Shown here piece by piece: positions 1 to 13,375 of a stretch of 64,000 bases of DNA. The first letter of the stretch is position 1. Each line of letters begins with the position of its first letter. The notes below the pieces were generated by a model. It was not told the origin of the DNA and ran no database searches. It was given only the letters and a program-made list of their open reading frames with translations. Source of the DNA: Octopus vulgaris (Eukaryota); contig OX597814.1 in assembly GCA_951406725.2 (NCBI GenBank), positions 47,926,001 through 47,990,000 of the forward strand, read 5' to 3'. Both the position numbers and the translations under genes were made by a program.

Positions 1-1490
1 GAAACCCATGTCAGGAAGGTCAAAGAAACCCAGGGAAAAGTAGCAAGATTGTAAACCCATTATTTGTCAGCTGAATCACAAAATCAATTCATTTCTCTTT
101 ACTCCATTCTCTGAAAGATCAAAAGTAAAATACTATTCAATAAATGGTTGATGTAACACCTGATTCTGCACATGTCAAACAGACAACAGCTATCATACTT
201 TATTCTTAAATGATAGATTGTGATTTCGAGATTTAGAGATTGCTATCTTTTGAAAACTGTTGTAAGAAAAGCGGTTCTAACGCTGCACACCCGATAAATC
301 AAACACTGAGTAAAAATAGCATTCTCTTCGAAGATTACAGGGGTCAATGGTACCAATATGACAGCCTGTGGAAGAGAATAGGTAGGATATTAATGAAAAT
401 CTTTTCGCTATTTTCTTATTATATCGATGCCATGCATTGAAATTCTGTGGCATGTTTTCAGTAGAGTACTGTACGGAAGCTGTTTCCTTTTGTTTTAAAA
501 CTATTGAAATAGTCTATAATATCTTTTCCTGTACTCCAAAAAGGTAGCAAATTCTTACCATGCATAAGCTGTCAATCGTTGCATTGTGTGTCAGCTATCC
601 AGTGATCATCTAGAATTGAGATGCGATATAATTTGCACCAGATTTCTTTTGCATCAAATTTACCCTATATGATGTTCTAAAACTTAATTTGAAATCAAAG
701 ATCAGGAGCTATTAAAAAACATAAACTCGCTTTCATACACGTATTTATGATATTAATCATGTTTCAAACTCTGCTCTCTTCAACATCCGCGACATATAAG
801 AGATGTCGCCGTTGATACTGAAGTGTACAAAATTAAAATATTCATTAAAAATGTGTAGAAACTGCGAGATCAATTTAACCCTGTTGAGAAATTCAAAACA
901 TATACCTAGCAGATTGAAATTAAACTACAAGCAAATAAAAGAAAGGAAACCTATTTATGAGACCCAATCAAGTGGCGCAAGATAGACAACGAATCATTAT
1001 TATGGAAAATTTTTTTCAGGTCGTAGTTGGTTTTATCACGGCTGAACTAACAAGATTTCAAGCTGCAAAGGAAATTTTTGATACTTTTTCATTTCTCTGG
1101 CAGTCCTTTGTCTGTCTGGAAAAAATTTTTGACCCAAAATTGCGTTTTAATTTTAGAAGTTTTCAATTTTAGTGAAAACAGTAAAGAACTTTAGAATGAA
1201 CCAACAGACATGAAAATTATGCTAAACTGTGGCGACTTTGGAGAACAACACATTAAATCCTTTGATATAATCAACAAAATAAATAACTACTAGTTGGAAA
1301 ACAATGTTCCAAATCTTTGGGTATCACTCCAAGTTTTTTTCACTTAAAGTCACAATCTATACCAGCAGCCTCAACAAAACATTCAGTAAACTTAAACTGA
1401 CTCAAGGTTATCTAGTTACCTTAGCTTGAATGAGCATAAAATTGTAATTTAGTTAAACTATTGATTTCGGACATATCATACTAAACTTTG
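1..1490 (+). mobile_element. Decayed hAT (ZMYM1-like) transposase remnant, truncated by the window start
   Basis: Frameshifted fragments follow the ZMYM1-like hAT order: YLSAESQNQFI (~63), YYSI/MVDVTPDSAHVKQTT (~131-190), FEDYRGQ (~326; cf. DCRGQGYD), YNIFSCTPKR (~515), and C-terminal dimerisation pieces PNLWVSLQ, FSKLKL, LVKTIDF (~1308-1475). Confidence 0.75.
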
Positions 1491-2035
1491 AACCCCTCCC
1501 CTTCCCACCCAAAGAAAAAAGGTATACAAGACTTTGCTGAAAAGGTGAAAGTCTAGTTAGTCATTCTTATGATCTTTAGCAAAAAAAAATAGTTAATTAA
1601 TACACGCTTTTTTTTTGCTTTAATAATAGGCGGGTAAGGCTCTAAAACAGTCTCGCCCTTGTATAAAATATTCTCTCACGTCCCTGGCAGTTCAATAATG
1701 TTGAATGCTCGTGTACTTAACATTGGAGCAACAGCTGTTTAAAGCTAAAGTTCGGAAGATAAAACGTAGCCTTTGATTTGTAGCTTTGGTTACATTATTA
1801 ATACGTTGCCATTATGAGGGATTATCAGAGATTGTAAGGTCGAGCGATAGTAAAGTTACTGAAAGTTTTAATTGTTAGTCACTCAGGAGTTAAAATTGCA
1901 TAGTATTTGTAACATAAACTTTTCTGGGTACGTTAACTTGTAAGCATACACGTATATCAAAGTTAGAACTTCATTTTTTATTCTCTCTTTTTTTAAAGGT
2001 TCGATTGCGCGTTATTTATAAATATGCTGACAACA

Positions 2036-2422
2036 TACTCTTTTACTCTCTTTTACTCTTTTACTTGTTTCAGTCATTTGACTGTGGCCATACTGAAGCA
2101 CTGCCTTTAGTCGAGCAAATCGACTCCGGGACTTATTCTTTGTAAGCCTAGTACTTATTCTATCGTTCTTTTTGCCGAACCGCTAAGTTACGGGGACGTA
2201 AACACACCAGCATCGGTTGTCAAGCGATGTTGGGGGGGGGGAAACACAGACACACAATCATATACACACGCACATACACATATATACATATATACGACGG
2301 GCTTCTTTCAGTTTCTGTCTACCAAATTCACTCACAAGGTTTTGGTTGCCCAAAGTGCCACGCAGTGGGACTGAACCCGGAACCATGTGATTGGTAAGCA
2401 AGCTACTTACCACACAGCCACT
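2036..2422 (-). mobile_element. tRNA-derived SINE, family A (internal deletion)
   Basis: Reverse complement matches the full copy at 58195-58621: A-box-like TGGCTGTGTGG, B-box-like GGTTCAGTCCC, internal (TA/CA) tract, (AAAAGAGT)n tail. Confidence 0.9.
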
Positions 2423-5334
2423 TGTGTTTTTTTTCCTCAGGCAACTACTTCAAGTAAATATTTTGATTCTTTATATTTACTCACTTTCCAGTACAAAACA
2501 GAAACCATATGTGCGTGTACATAATTGCCCACGCGTTTGTGTAAAATTGAAGAGAATATGAATTTCAGTTTAACACTGAAACCAAAATGCAAGCAATTGG
2601 CACAACCCTAAAAATTTCATCAATAAAGATTTGATATGAAAATATAAGGACCAATGCCTTATAAATTTTAGACTTTAATAAAATATTGTACTACAGGGTC
2701 GATCTGAAATTCAATATATCTTCAGTAAGTGTTTAGTGTATCACAAACAGTTATTTCGTAAGGTTTGTAACTAGTCTCTGCTCAATACAATTGTTTGACA
2801 TTTGGCTGTCACATGTCACATGTCAATTACGTCACATTGAGTTTTATTTTGCTGGTAGAGAGGTTCAATAGAACTAGGGAACTATCTACATTAAAAAGAG
2901 GAAAAACGAAATTGTACGTATCATATAGTTTTGCTTTGCCAATATAAAGGTTCAAATAAGATAGATAGCTATTTCCATAAAAAGAAAAACTAAATAGTAG
3001 CAATATAATAGTAATAACTATGATGAGTTCTCCCATTTGCATAATAAGGCAATACATTTTGAAAAAGAATATAGTCGATTTAAATGTTCGTAATACATTA
3101 ATCTTGAACGATGAAATTATAAGTTGGCTTTGGCAAGATATAAAAACAGAACTTGAAGAGATGTAATTGATTATAGCAGAGTATTTTATCCAGAACTCTC
3201 ACGTTTCTCTCTTCCACTGCCAATCCGATGATGATGACGACGACGACGACGACGACGACAACGACGACGACGGTTTCTAAATTAGGTAAGGTTTACACAT
3301 TTTGGACGTAGGTATTGCCGCTTATGTCGATACTTGATATAAAGTTTTGTCAAATTCGGTAGTATTTCAGCTAAAAACATAAAGGGGTGTAACTAAATAT
3401 AGTAATTCATTTTCCGGCATTGTACTGATCTGTCATCCAGCAATAACAAAGTACTAATAGACATCGCATACACATTACGTAATGTCATAAAATATAATGA
3501 TATAAAACCGAAACAAAACACTGCCGGAACCCAAGGGACACAGAACTGCACTCGATTATGATGGTTGATCGTATTTAAATGTCTCTGCTGTTACCGATAA
3601 GAAGGAAGACAGTGGATATGAACAGTGCTAATTTAAGGCGGTTGTTTTGGAGCCCGGCTTCTACGATATTGGTGCAGGGTTGGAACCGTTGTATTGCTGT
3701 GTCTGGACAGAGATGAGATGCTGCGTGATATCATCAAAATATAAGGGTGTGGTTCTGAGAAATTGTGGGTCGCGTACTTATAAGTTGAAACTTAAGATTG
3801 AGAGAGCGTATCAGTACAACACTCAATTCGGAAAATTGCATGTTTTGGAAATGTTGTTCTTGTACACTACACAGGTTTGGTAATTTCACATGTAGTTTTC
3901 TTTCCAGCGTTTGAGTAATTACATAAGATGCTGTAATATATCTTGTGAATATAAGGATCGCGAGGATTGGAGTTTAAAGCTCTGCTGGTGTCGATGGTAT
4001 TTAGAACGGAGGTTTTTGGTGTTGAACCCATCATCTAACCTCTATATTAGATTTGTGAGTTCTGTAACGGTCTGAATCTGTGTTGTTATTTAGAGAGGAG
4101 GATTTGTAGTTAGTGATTGTCAATGACTTTCCGTCGTCACCATGTATCGTACTCCTGTTGAGCATTAATGACACTACAATGAAAGACTTCCCCATTAGGC
4201 ATGAGCGCTCCAGCTGCTTTGCCACTCTTGTCCAATCAGCTCTTGATATTGTCCATCCATTGTGTCTACCTCTTGATCTACTACTTTATCTGGCACTGCG
4301 GCTTTTGAGTTTTTAAATTTCCCGATTCAAGTGTCTGATGAATGAGCTGAAATAGAAAGAGTTTATTTTTTAAGTCTGTTTCTGTCATCTTTGTGTGGTT
4401 TCTGCTGCTGAATTTTGATTTTCGAGAAATGTGTGATTTTGGATTATTGATTCTTGAGAATTTTAGGGACTAAAAAGACATTCATAGGAACAGTGATTCA
4501 CAGGAACAGGATCTATTTTATGAGAAGCAACGGAAAAAGAGACTTAGGATCAGCCCAAATAATGTATGCATGGCACATTGTATCATTCAGGTAGCATCTG
4601 CTAAACATTGACAACAACAACAAAAGTAAATCAACAATCAAGCGCTCAAAAGTGAGATCAACATGCTACATATAAACTGAGAATGTTTTTGCATTTTCCC
4701 TTTTGAACGCAGCTAGAAGTCTTTTTTAATAATGGAGAAACTGATCCCAGAGTACTGATGATTTCATCAAGCTTAAACAACGTAGCTCCACGTAGGCACC
4801 TGACTCAGAGTAGTTTAACTACGATGACCTGTTTGTGAAGCAGTGTCAAAGGGAATTGGATTAATCCAATAAAAAAAAAAAACTTGTTTCAAAAGTCAAA
4901 ATTTTATATTCTAGAATGCATCGTACTTTGACACCTCGAGTGGAGCGATCTCGAAATTAAATCAATCGAGAAGTGTATTGCTGTTGTTGTTTGGTGGACT
5001 GGCCCATCTGGAGAGGATTCTGTCTAGCAATTACGCAAGTTATCAAAAGGGTCACACACTTCAGAACCAAAAACTGTTGTCCGGTACCATTTAGATACTT
5101 TTCTCTTTCTCTGCTAACACGCAGTCACTAAAGAACTACATAACGTTATTAGACGATATACACAGGAGAGATATGGTATACAGTCATCCGAAGAGTTCCT
5201 AGAGACCTAAGACGAAACCAACAAAATAGAAGCCTCCACCTTAGAAAGTCTATTCCCCAACAACGATTCGATGGGAAAAACAAATTTTGGCAAATTTTGG
5301 CAAAAAGCCAGTTATTTGGGGGAAGAGCGGATGG

Positions 5335-5497
5335 GTGGTAGATCGATTACATTGACCCCAGTACTTATTTTATCGACCTCGAAAAGATGAAAACCAAGTC
5401 GACCTCGGCGGAATTTAAGTACGGAAGGTACAGACGGACGAAATGTCGCTAAACATTTTACTCGGCGTGCTAACAGTTCGGCCGACCCGCTGCCTTA
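5335..5497 (-). mobile_element. SINE family D fragment
   Basis: Carries gtcgacctcggcggaattt / ttatcgac..cgaaa.gatgaaa, the reverse complement of the core of the 36187-36590 copy. Confidence 0.8.
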
Positions 5498-5926
5498 AGC
5501 AATAGAAATCATATTAAATAATGTACGTAACCCTTAAGGATTACCTCACCTACAATGCCAACGAAGATACGGAAGAAATTGTATCCTGTACAACAAAAGT
5601 ATCTTTTCGCTGTCTACAAGGTAAATAATATAAGCAAAAAAGTAGGGTCGCTATGAATTTATATTTTAAAAGCTCACATTCATGACACTCTACATAGCCA
5701 TAATAAAGAACAAAATGTAACCAAGTTACAAGCTATGAAGATAATATATTCGTCGTAATGGAAAGACTGGATGGTTGACTGAGAAACTCGACTGTTCCCA
5801 ATAAAACGTGAAAAACTCATATGGAATTATGAGAAAGAGAAAGTAAAAAGAAACTTGATAAAAACACCAAAGCTAAAACATAGTCGCGTATTGAATGTAA
5901 AATGCCTAAGAGAAAAGCTTTTGCCG

Positions 5927-5969
5927 ATACATACATATATGCATGCATGTATATATGTGTGTATGTGTT

Positions 5970-6013
<44 letters not shown>

Positions 6014-6044
6014 CATATATATATATATGTGTGTGTGTGTTTTG

Positions 6045-6101
<57 letters not shown>

Positions 6102-6197
6102 CTGCCCAAGCTTGCAAAATTAAATTTAATTGTCAGCTGTAATTTTATTGTACACACACGCGCACACCTACGCACACACCCACAAACATTCATTCGA

Positions 6198-6229
<32 letters not shown>

Positions 6230-6265
6230 GCGCACACAGACACACACACACGCACACGCACACGT
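5927..6265. repeat. Compound (TA)n/(CA)n microsatellite
   Basis: Directly visible. Confidence 0.95.
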
Positions 6266-6728
6266 ATGTGTTGTGTATACAATAATTTAAATAACAGTTG
6301 ACAATTTAATTATATCAGCTGTTAATTCATATATTACATTATGATACTCTACTAGCGTGTTGAGTATTATTTAACTTTGTTGCTTATAATTACAAAGAAG
6401 CTATATATATGTTGATGTGTGGGTGTTTATACATGTAAATCTAATTATATTTACAAACGCACGCGCATTTACACTCGTAAGCACTCTCGTACAAACAAAC
6501 GCCCACACTGATTTCAGGTACGCCATTTCGTAATTTTCCACGCAAGTCTTCCTGAGAAGCTACATATTTCCTATTACAAGACCAACGAACTGTGTGGAAT
6601 CCATATCGTTTGTTAAATTGCGTATATTTTTTTGACAATAAATTGTGATTAATCACATCGAAAGCCTCATGAGATCAACAAAAGCTTTATATTATTTTCC
6701 TTTGTTCAAACACATCCTTTATATATTA

Positions 6729-7722
6729 CACTGGTCGACACATATTTTCTGGCACAAGGCTTATCAATGTTTTTATTTTTTTAATTTAATTTAATTAATT
6801 AATTTATTTTTGCTAATTTTGGGAGCTGAATCCAAATCTGGCATCAGATTTTGCCTTATCACAGCAGATTTTTGAAATATAAAGTCATTTAGTATTGCTG
6901 TAAACAGCTTTGAATGCTCATGAAAGAAGAATTAAACATATGTAGTTAATAGACATTATGTCTTTGTTTTTAATCTAATAAATTAAAACACAAAGTTGTG
7001 GGAGTAAATGCACATTAGCATGTAAGAATTAAACTTGGGTGATAACAAAACATGAAAATAAAATCTCAATTCACTGTGGTCATTCATTCAGATCATCTTA
7101 TTACTGCAAGAACTTCCTATTTTTGACAATCCCTTGTACACAGCTTCTTGAATATCTCTCATCAAGTTCCAGCAGTAATCTGTCATCATGTTTTAAGTAC
7201 CAACGGCCTTGGTAGCGTTCTTACATTACTTTTACATTTTGATGAAAACATTCACCTTGTTCTTCGATAACAGGCTCTCTGGGAATTCGCCCAAGTGACT
7301 GTGTAAGTAGTGCAACTTGATGTTCATTCTACATTCAAGTGCTTGCACACTCAAGAGCAGCTCCTCCACAGTCTATTGATAGCTGTCAGCACGTCCTTCT
7401 TTTTGATATAGTATCCATCCATAACTAGATCATAGTGGTCCAGTTCATACCTAAAATAAAAAGTGGGAGGGTTTTAAAGCAAAACTCAGCTTGAACATAT
7501 GATCCAAAATTAGCATGACATTCCAACAAAAAATTATCGCAAATAGTGGTGTAAAGTTAACTTTTGGCATGCTCCAGGTAAATAAAGTATATACCAATAG
7601 CACACAAAATGTGATGTTATAGAACAAATCTGAGGTCAGTTTTGGAATCAGCACCCAAAAATTTGTCAAGAACAGCTCTAAGATTTTATGCCAAGTGCCG
7701 AGTTTTATTTTGTTGACCAGTG
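6729..7722 (-). mobile_element. CMC/Chapaev3-type DNA transposon, internally deleted
   Basis: Termini CACTGGTCGACA...TGTTGACCAGTG, flanked by TTA and ATA (Chapaev3: CAC...GTG ends, TWA TSD). Subterminal inverted repeats at ~6812-6860 and ~7611-7667. Minus-strand transposase C-terminus MNIKLHYLHSHLGEFPESL..EEQGECFHQNVKVM*ERYQGRW..MMTDYCWNLMRD. Confidence 0.8.
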
Positions 7723-7882
7723 ATATTGAATGTGAGATAAATAGTTAGCTCGAAGTTTTAACTTGCAGGAAGAAATCCCATGTGATTATTCTAGGCGCAA
7801 ATCGACTTATTAACACTTTTACTTAACTGTTTTGTCAATGTCAACATAGTAACTGAGTAACCAGCTATTTACTCACACACAC

Positions 7883-7929
<47 letters not shown>

Positions 7930-7932
<3 letters not shown>

Positions 7933-8323
7933 TTATATATAAAAGTGAAGTTGTGTGTCTGTCTCCTACGATTTAGATTCCTAACTACTCCCACATTTTG
8001 CGGTGCAGTTAAACCAAAACCGGGTATCTTATAGTCGTAATTTATATCGAGCCCTTCTGGGTATTAGCGCGCGTCTACGATGAGTCTACGATTTAAAAAA
8101 AAAATTACCATCATTTTTTTCCATTTTAATGCATTTTTCGCTATTATATAAGGGAAGTAACTCTCTAAAAATGTCTAGATGAGTCAACGATTAAAAAAAA
8201 AATTTACCATAATTTTTTTCTATTTTTAATGCATTTTTTTGCTATTTTTTGACTATAACTCTCTAAAAATTCTTATATAGTTATTTCCCTTACAAACCCG
8301 AGCAACGCCGGGCGATACTGCTA

Positions 8324-8324
<1 letters not shown>
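7930..8324 (+). mobile_element. Non-autonomous Helitron inserted in (TA)n
   Basis: A|TC start, 3' hairpin CCCGAGCAACGCCGGG, CTAG|T end, no TSD, internal tandem duplication, (TA)n on both sides. Confidence 0.85.
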
Positions 8325-8380
<56 letters not shown>

Positions 8381-8552
8381 ATTACAGTTGTAACGATTTC
8401 AGATAAAAAAGAATTTCTAAATTTACTTTCATTTTTTATATTCTCCTCCGACTTTCTGTTTGTGTAAGATATATACTTATGTGAGTGTGTGTGTGAGAGA
8501 AAAAAAATTTCATTCGGAGATTTCATTTAATTGATCAATTGTCAACAGGCCA

Positions 8553-9196
8553 CAACTACAGATTCCTACTCCCCACCAAACTTTGGACGAGCATAACTTT
8601 CAGAAAAATTGATATTTCTTAATGAAATTTTCTACGAATATGTGTTATATCATGTAGATTCAGAATATAGAAAATTGAGGGTGGGGGTGTTTTAGGAGGG
8701 GTGGGGGACAATTAAATTGCCTGCAAATATACCTCGGACTATGTAGATTCCGATCATAGAGGAATTGGGGGGGGGGAAACAATTGGGGGTTATTTTTGAG
8801 AACTGTTCCCCACTTGGGTACGTTTCGGAACAAGTCGTCCATTTTTGCTACACTTTCTCTGTTTTGTACGTTTGTGCATCCGTAGATTTCTACTGAAGCA
8901 ACAAGCAATTAAGGCAAATGAAGCCCTCACTAGAAAGCTCATGCTAAAAATAACAGCTAAATGTCTGGTACACAGATATATGTTATTAAGAAGACTTATC
9001 TGTTGCATACGATTTTTTTTTACTTTAAGTAAATTACCAGGTAAACGGTTCTAATAGAAAGGCAGAAGATACCAGAAGCAAAAGTAAGGAATATACACGC
9101 GCAGTTAAATATAGAAGTATAAAGTATAATTTGTTACATAATCTCTATATTAAACATGATATTGAATGGAATAATTCCCCGTTTGAACTTTTTCAT

Positions 9197-9250
<54 letters not shown>

Positions 9251-9830
9251 TGTATGAGGCACTGAAACTAAGCATACCATCCCTTTGTGCTTTTTTTCCT
9301 CTACGGATTCCGACCCTCTCTTCAACGGAGATTCTGAATATGCAAATAAATCTACTTTTAGACTTTTTAATACACCCCCTTCTTAACTTTTCAATTTTTC
9401 CCCGAAATTTTACGACTAGGGTTAAAGGTTATATACGGATGCACAAACACACTAAACGGAGAAACTGAAACAAATATGGACTTGTTCCGAAACACCCATC
9501 AATGGGGAACAGTTCACGAAAATAACCCCCAATTGTTTACCCCCACCCCAAATACTATATGCTTGGAATCTACATAGTCCGTGGTATATTTATAGACAGT
9601 TTCATTAAAAAAATATCCATTTTCCTGAAAGTTAAGATGAATTGAAGTGAACTCCGCTGAATTTTCCGAAAATCCTCCCCACCCCCTCTTAAAGCACTCC
9701 CCCCACCAAGTTTTGTATATTCATAATCTATATGATATAACACATATTCGTATAAAATTTCATTAAAAATATCCATTTTTCTGAAAGTTATGATCATCGA
9801 AAGTCGGGGGTGGAGCAGAAAGCCCGTGGT
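8553..9830. mobile_element. Foldback/MITE-like element with long imperfect inverted repeats
   Basis: ~8553-8840 is the inverted homologue of ~9478-9830 (shared cataactttcagaaaaat.gatattt.ttaatgaaatttt.tacgaatatgtgttatatcat.tagatt and aaacaattgggggttattt..gaactgttcccca..tttcggaacaagtc). No coding signal inside. Confidence 0.75.
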
Positions 9831-10884
9831 GAGATGGTACCAACTGTCAATGATCTCATAACGCATGTGCTCCCAAACATTGCACAAACTTTAGCAACAG
9901 TCAATGGCTCTGTGAGCGAGCCATCTCAGTTCCACGTAATGATGCTGTCAACAAAATCAACTGGGATCTCCTGTAGCTGTAGCCCGGACAAGAACAGCCT
10001 TTCAAATCCCTCGACACTGTCTTTGGTCAGGACCAGGCTGTAGTTTTTCCGAGTTCCTGAACTCTCTACAGCCACCTGAGAGGCTACCTCACCACTTAAC
10101 ACTTACAAAGGGGGCCCCAATCATGCTGCTCAGGAATCTGGATCCACTTCGTCTGTGCAATGGCACCAGACTGGTGGTGAAAGCGATGCGACCCCATGTC
10201 CTAGAGGCAACAATTGTGACTGGGAACTATAAGGGTGAGAATGTCTTCATTCCACGGATCCCGTTAATACCATATGACCTCCTCTTTGAATTTAAACGGT
10301 TCCAGTTCCCAGTGAAACTAAGTTTCGCTATGTCAATAAACAAGTCACAAGAACAGTCTCTCAAGGTTGTTGGACTTCACCTTGCTTCTCTCATGGGCAA
10401 TTATACGTAGGATGTTCGCGAGTTGGAAATCCCCATAATCTTTTCATTTATACACCAATTAAAGGACACACTCAAAACATCGTAAATTTAGAAGCTCTAG
10501 ATAATTAAACTGTGATTGATTTCCGGATTTGTTTCAATACATTTGTTTATATTCACATTATCTGGTAGAATTTTTGTTAAATGTACTTATTAACGGGAGG
10601 GGAGCACCTGCAGGCCAGTTCTTCTCAAATTTATGCATTTTCAGGTTCAAAGGGTTTCAAATAAGTACTGACAATTGAAGGTGATTGCAAAGACAAGAAC
10701 TGCCTGGTTTCTTAACAATTTTAACAGTGAGAACATCGGATAAAAATGTTATTGACATTAATAGTTTGTACCCCAGCTAATTACTGTTGAGAACTGCATA
10801 ATTCATGTTTCATTTTAGAGATTTAAAAGACATACTTAAATTTCATTATTTTCAATAACCTGGGAAACGCCGGGTTATTAACGT
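9826..10884 (+). mobile_element. Helitron 3' remnant with PIF1-family helicase pseudogene (coding part ~9826-10508)
   Basis: [79 protein letters not shown] are RepHel/PIF1 motifs broken by frameshifts and stops. 3' hairpin AATAACCTGG-GAAACG-CCGGGTTATT at 10854-10879. Confidence 0.9.
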
Positions 10885-10894
10885 ATAAAGTTGG

Positions 10895-10967
10895 TATATA
10901 TATATATATATCTATATACATACATATATACACATGTATATATAAATACACATACATATATATACAT

Positions 10968-11002
<35 letters not shown>

Positions 11003-11056
11003 CATACATACGTACATACATATACACACATATACATACATATACACACATATACA
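10895..11056. repeat. Compound (TA)/(CA)/(TACA) microsatellite
   Basis: Directly visible. Confidence 0.9.
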
Positions 11057-11529
11057 TTCTATTGCATTTCAATCTGTTTTGGGGTTAGGGTTAGTTAGGG
11101 TTAGGGGTGGGGGGAAGGGTATCTTTTTTTCTTCACAAATGTAAATAAACCCAATCTATTTCTTAAACGAGGGACATATTCATACGGCACAGAATGTTTT
11201 CACCTCAATAGACGTCATTGATTGGTTGAAGTTGCAGAAATTGAAGAAAACAACAACAAATATCTTACAAACTATAGAATTTTCTCAATAAAGCCAAGAG
11301 AAAAAGATGTTTTATAAACACATTCTGCCAGTATACGAAGTTTAAACGTGTTTAGTTACGTGGAAATTATTTTAACAAACCGCCGTTCAAACCGAAAAGA
11401 TCCAGCAATTGGAATATTTAACAATTGTAAGAAAAATATCTACATGTTCCTTTCCGTAAAAGGGACGAATAACCAAATCAACCTTTGTGATATGTTGAGC
11501 CCAAAAGTTATCTTTCCTCTTATTCATAT

Positions 11530-11560
<31 letters not shown>

Positions 11561-11857
11561 GTGGGAGGAAACATTAAACATTACATTATTAATTCTGCTT
11601 GTATTGTTCTTATACCAGTCTCAGTGTTTTGGCTGAGGTCTATCAAGGAACAGTTCTGCCATTTACTGATCACCGGGCACACGATTTCTAGATTGATAAC
11701 TGTTAAGATACTGCTGGTGGTATATCGTCTGAATTTCATTCCATTGGGTAACTAAATGTACTTACATATCATTTCGATATATTGAGTTTTCTAGTTTGAT
11801 AGTTTTGAGTTATGGATTTGCTACTCAATCTTAATGATAGTCACATATATAACATGG

Positions 11858-12248
11858 TGGAGGCGCAATGGCCCAGTGGTTAGGGCAGCGGACTCGCGGT
11901 CTTAGGATCGCAGTTTCGATTCCCAGACCGGGCGTTGTGAGTGTTTATTGAGCGAAAACACCTAAAGCTCCACGAGGCTCCGGCAGGGGATGGTGGTGAT
12001 CCCTGCTGTACTCTTTCACCACAACTTTCTCTCACTCTTACTTCCTGTTTCTGTTGTACCTGTATTTCAAAGGGCCGGCCTTGTCACTCTCTGTGTCACG
12101 CTGAATATCCCCGAGAACTACGTTAAGGGTACACGTGTCTGTGGAGTGCTCAGCCACTTACACGTTAATTTCACGAGCAGGCTGTTCCGTTGATTCGGAT
12201 CAACCGGAACCCTCGTCGTCGTAACCGACGGAGTGCTTCCCCCTCCCC
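11858..12248 (+). mobile_element. tRNA(Arg)-like SINE, family B, full length with TSD
   Basis: Head TGGCCCAGTGGTTAGGGCAGCGGACTCGCGG..GTTTCGATTCC. 11-bp TSD ATATAACATGG at 11847-11857 and 12249-12259. Near-identical copy at 31959. Confidence 0.92.
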
Positions 12249-12815
12249 ATATAACATGGCTTCACATCCTCCTCTCACCACTACCTTTTGCTCAGTTTAA
12301 GGATTCTGAAACACTGTCTCCTTGTGATCAATACTAATAAAGAGTCATTTAAATGTCTATTTGATTGATTGATTATCGGCTATATTGTTATCTATTCTCG
12401 GTGTACAATACTTTTTAAGATGAGCAAGGACTTTTAACGTCATTATGAATGACAACACGAGGCATTTTTGCTGTTGTATAAATACAATGATGTTGGCGGT
12501 GGTGATTTCTACTTGAAACCAAATGACTACTGGAAACAAAATCTTCCCCACCAACCGAAACAATAAAATAGTTGACAGGCTGTTGCGGCGTGGGAGAACG
12601 ATGGAAAGGTTGGGTAAAGAAAGGAACGGTCATATTTAGTGGAGGGAATTATTTTCGCTCCTGTTTTAACTGTACGACAGCTGAATAGCGGAGAATAAAG
12701 GGGCAGGCGATATATAGCTATCTTTTACAAAAAACACGAATTTCTAACTGTGCACTAGTCGTCTCTTTTAACATTTGAAGAACTCCAGAAAGACACTAAC
12801 TAGTATCTCAGAAAT

Positions 12816-12847
<32 letters not shown>

Positions 12848-13054
12848 ATATGGATATTCCTGAAAATGTTTCGATACACACGCATATGATAAGGATATTT
12901 ACACAATTTATACACGTTTATACACATTTTACAATTTATACAATTTCATCAGGTGGGGCTATTAAGTTAGACATGGCTTGGACCAATCTTTGGTCGAAAC
13001 ATATCTCAGTTTTATCTAAGTTTTATACACAATTTATACATACCAATAGATATC

Positions 13055-13056
<2 letters not shown>

Positions 13057-13096
<40 letters not shown>

Positions 13097-13291
13097 ATGT
13101 ATACTACAGTGATTGTGTGCACGCGTGCGCGCGCAAACACGCACACATGAACACACACACACAAGATTAATCAAAATTAGTGGAAGTCTAATTTCCTTGA
13201 AATCCGAACATGGAACTAAGTGGTTGCGAAGCGAAATTTCGCCACACGGCTATGTGTGTCGTATCTGCACCAAGACAATAAGTATACACAC

Positions 13292-13375
<84 letters not shown>

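Noticed and set aside
3480-4480. Possible decayed gag-like ORF1 on the minus strand (HNFSEPHPY resembling a zinc knuckle)
   Set aside because: One weak motif only; needs a profile search.
4745-4792. Hammerhead-like CTGATGA...AAAC-AAC-GTA
   Set aside because: G12 is missing and there is no convincing stem II. Similar partial matches at ~4335 and ~39211 also lack stems.
10123-10410. Host PIF1 helicase gene
   Set aside because: Intronless, frameshifted and followed by a Helitron 3' hairpin, so transposon-derived.
11858-11935. tRNA-Arg-like gene (also 31959, 17664, 58195)
   Set aside because: These are SINE heads: embedded in longer repeated units with TSDs or tails, without a proper acceptor stem.
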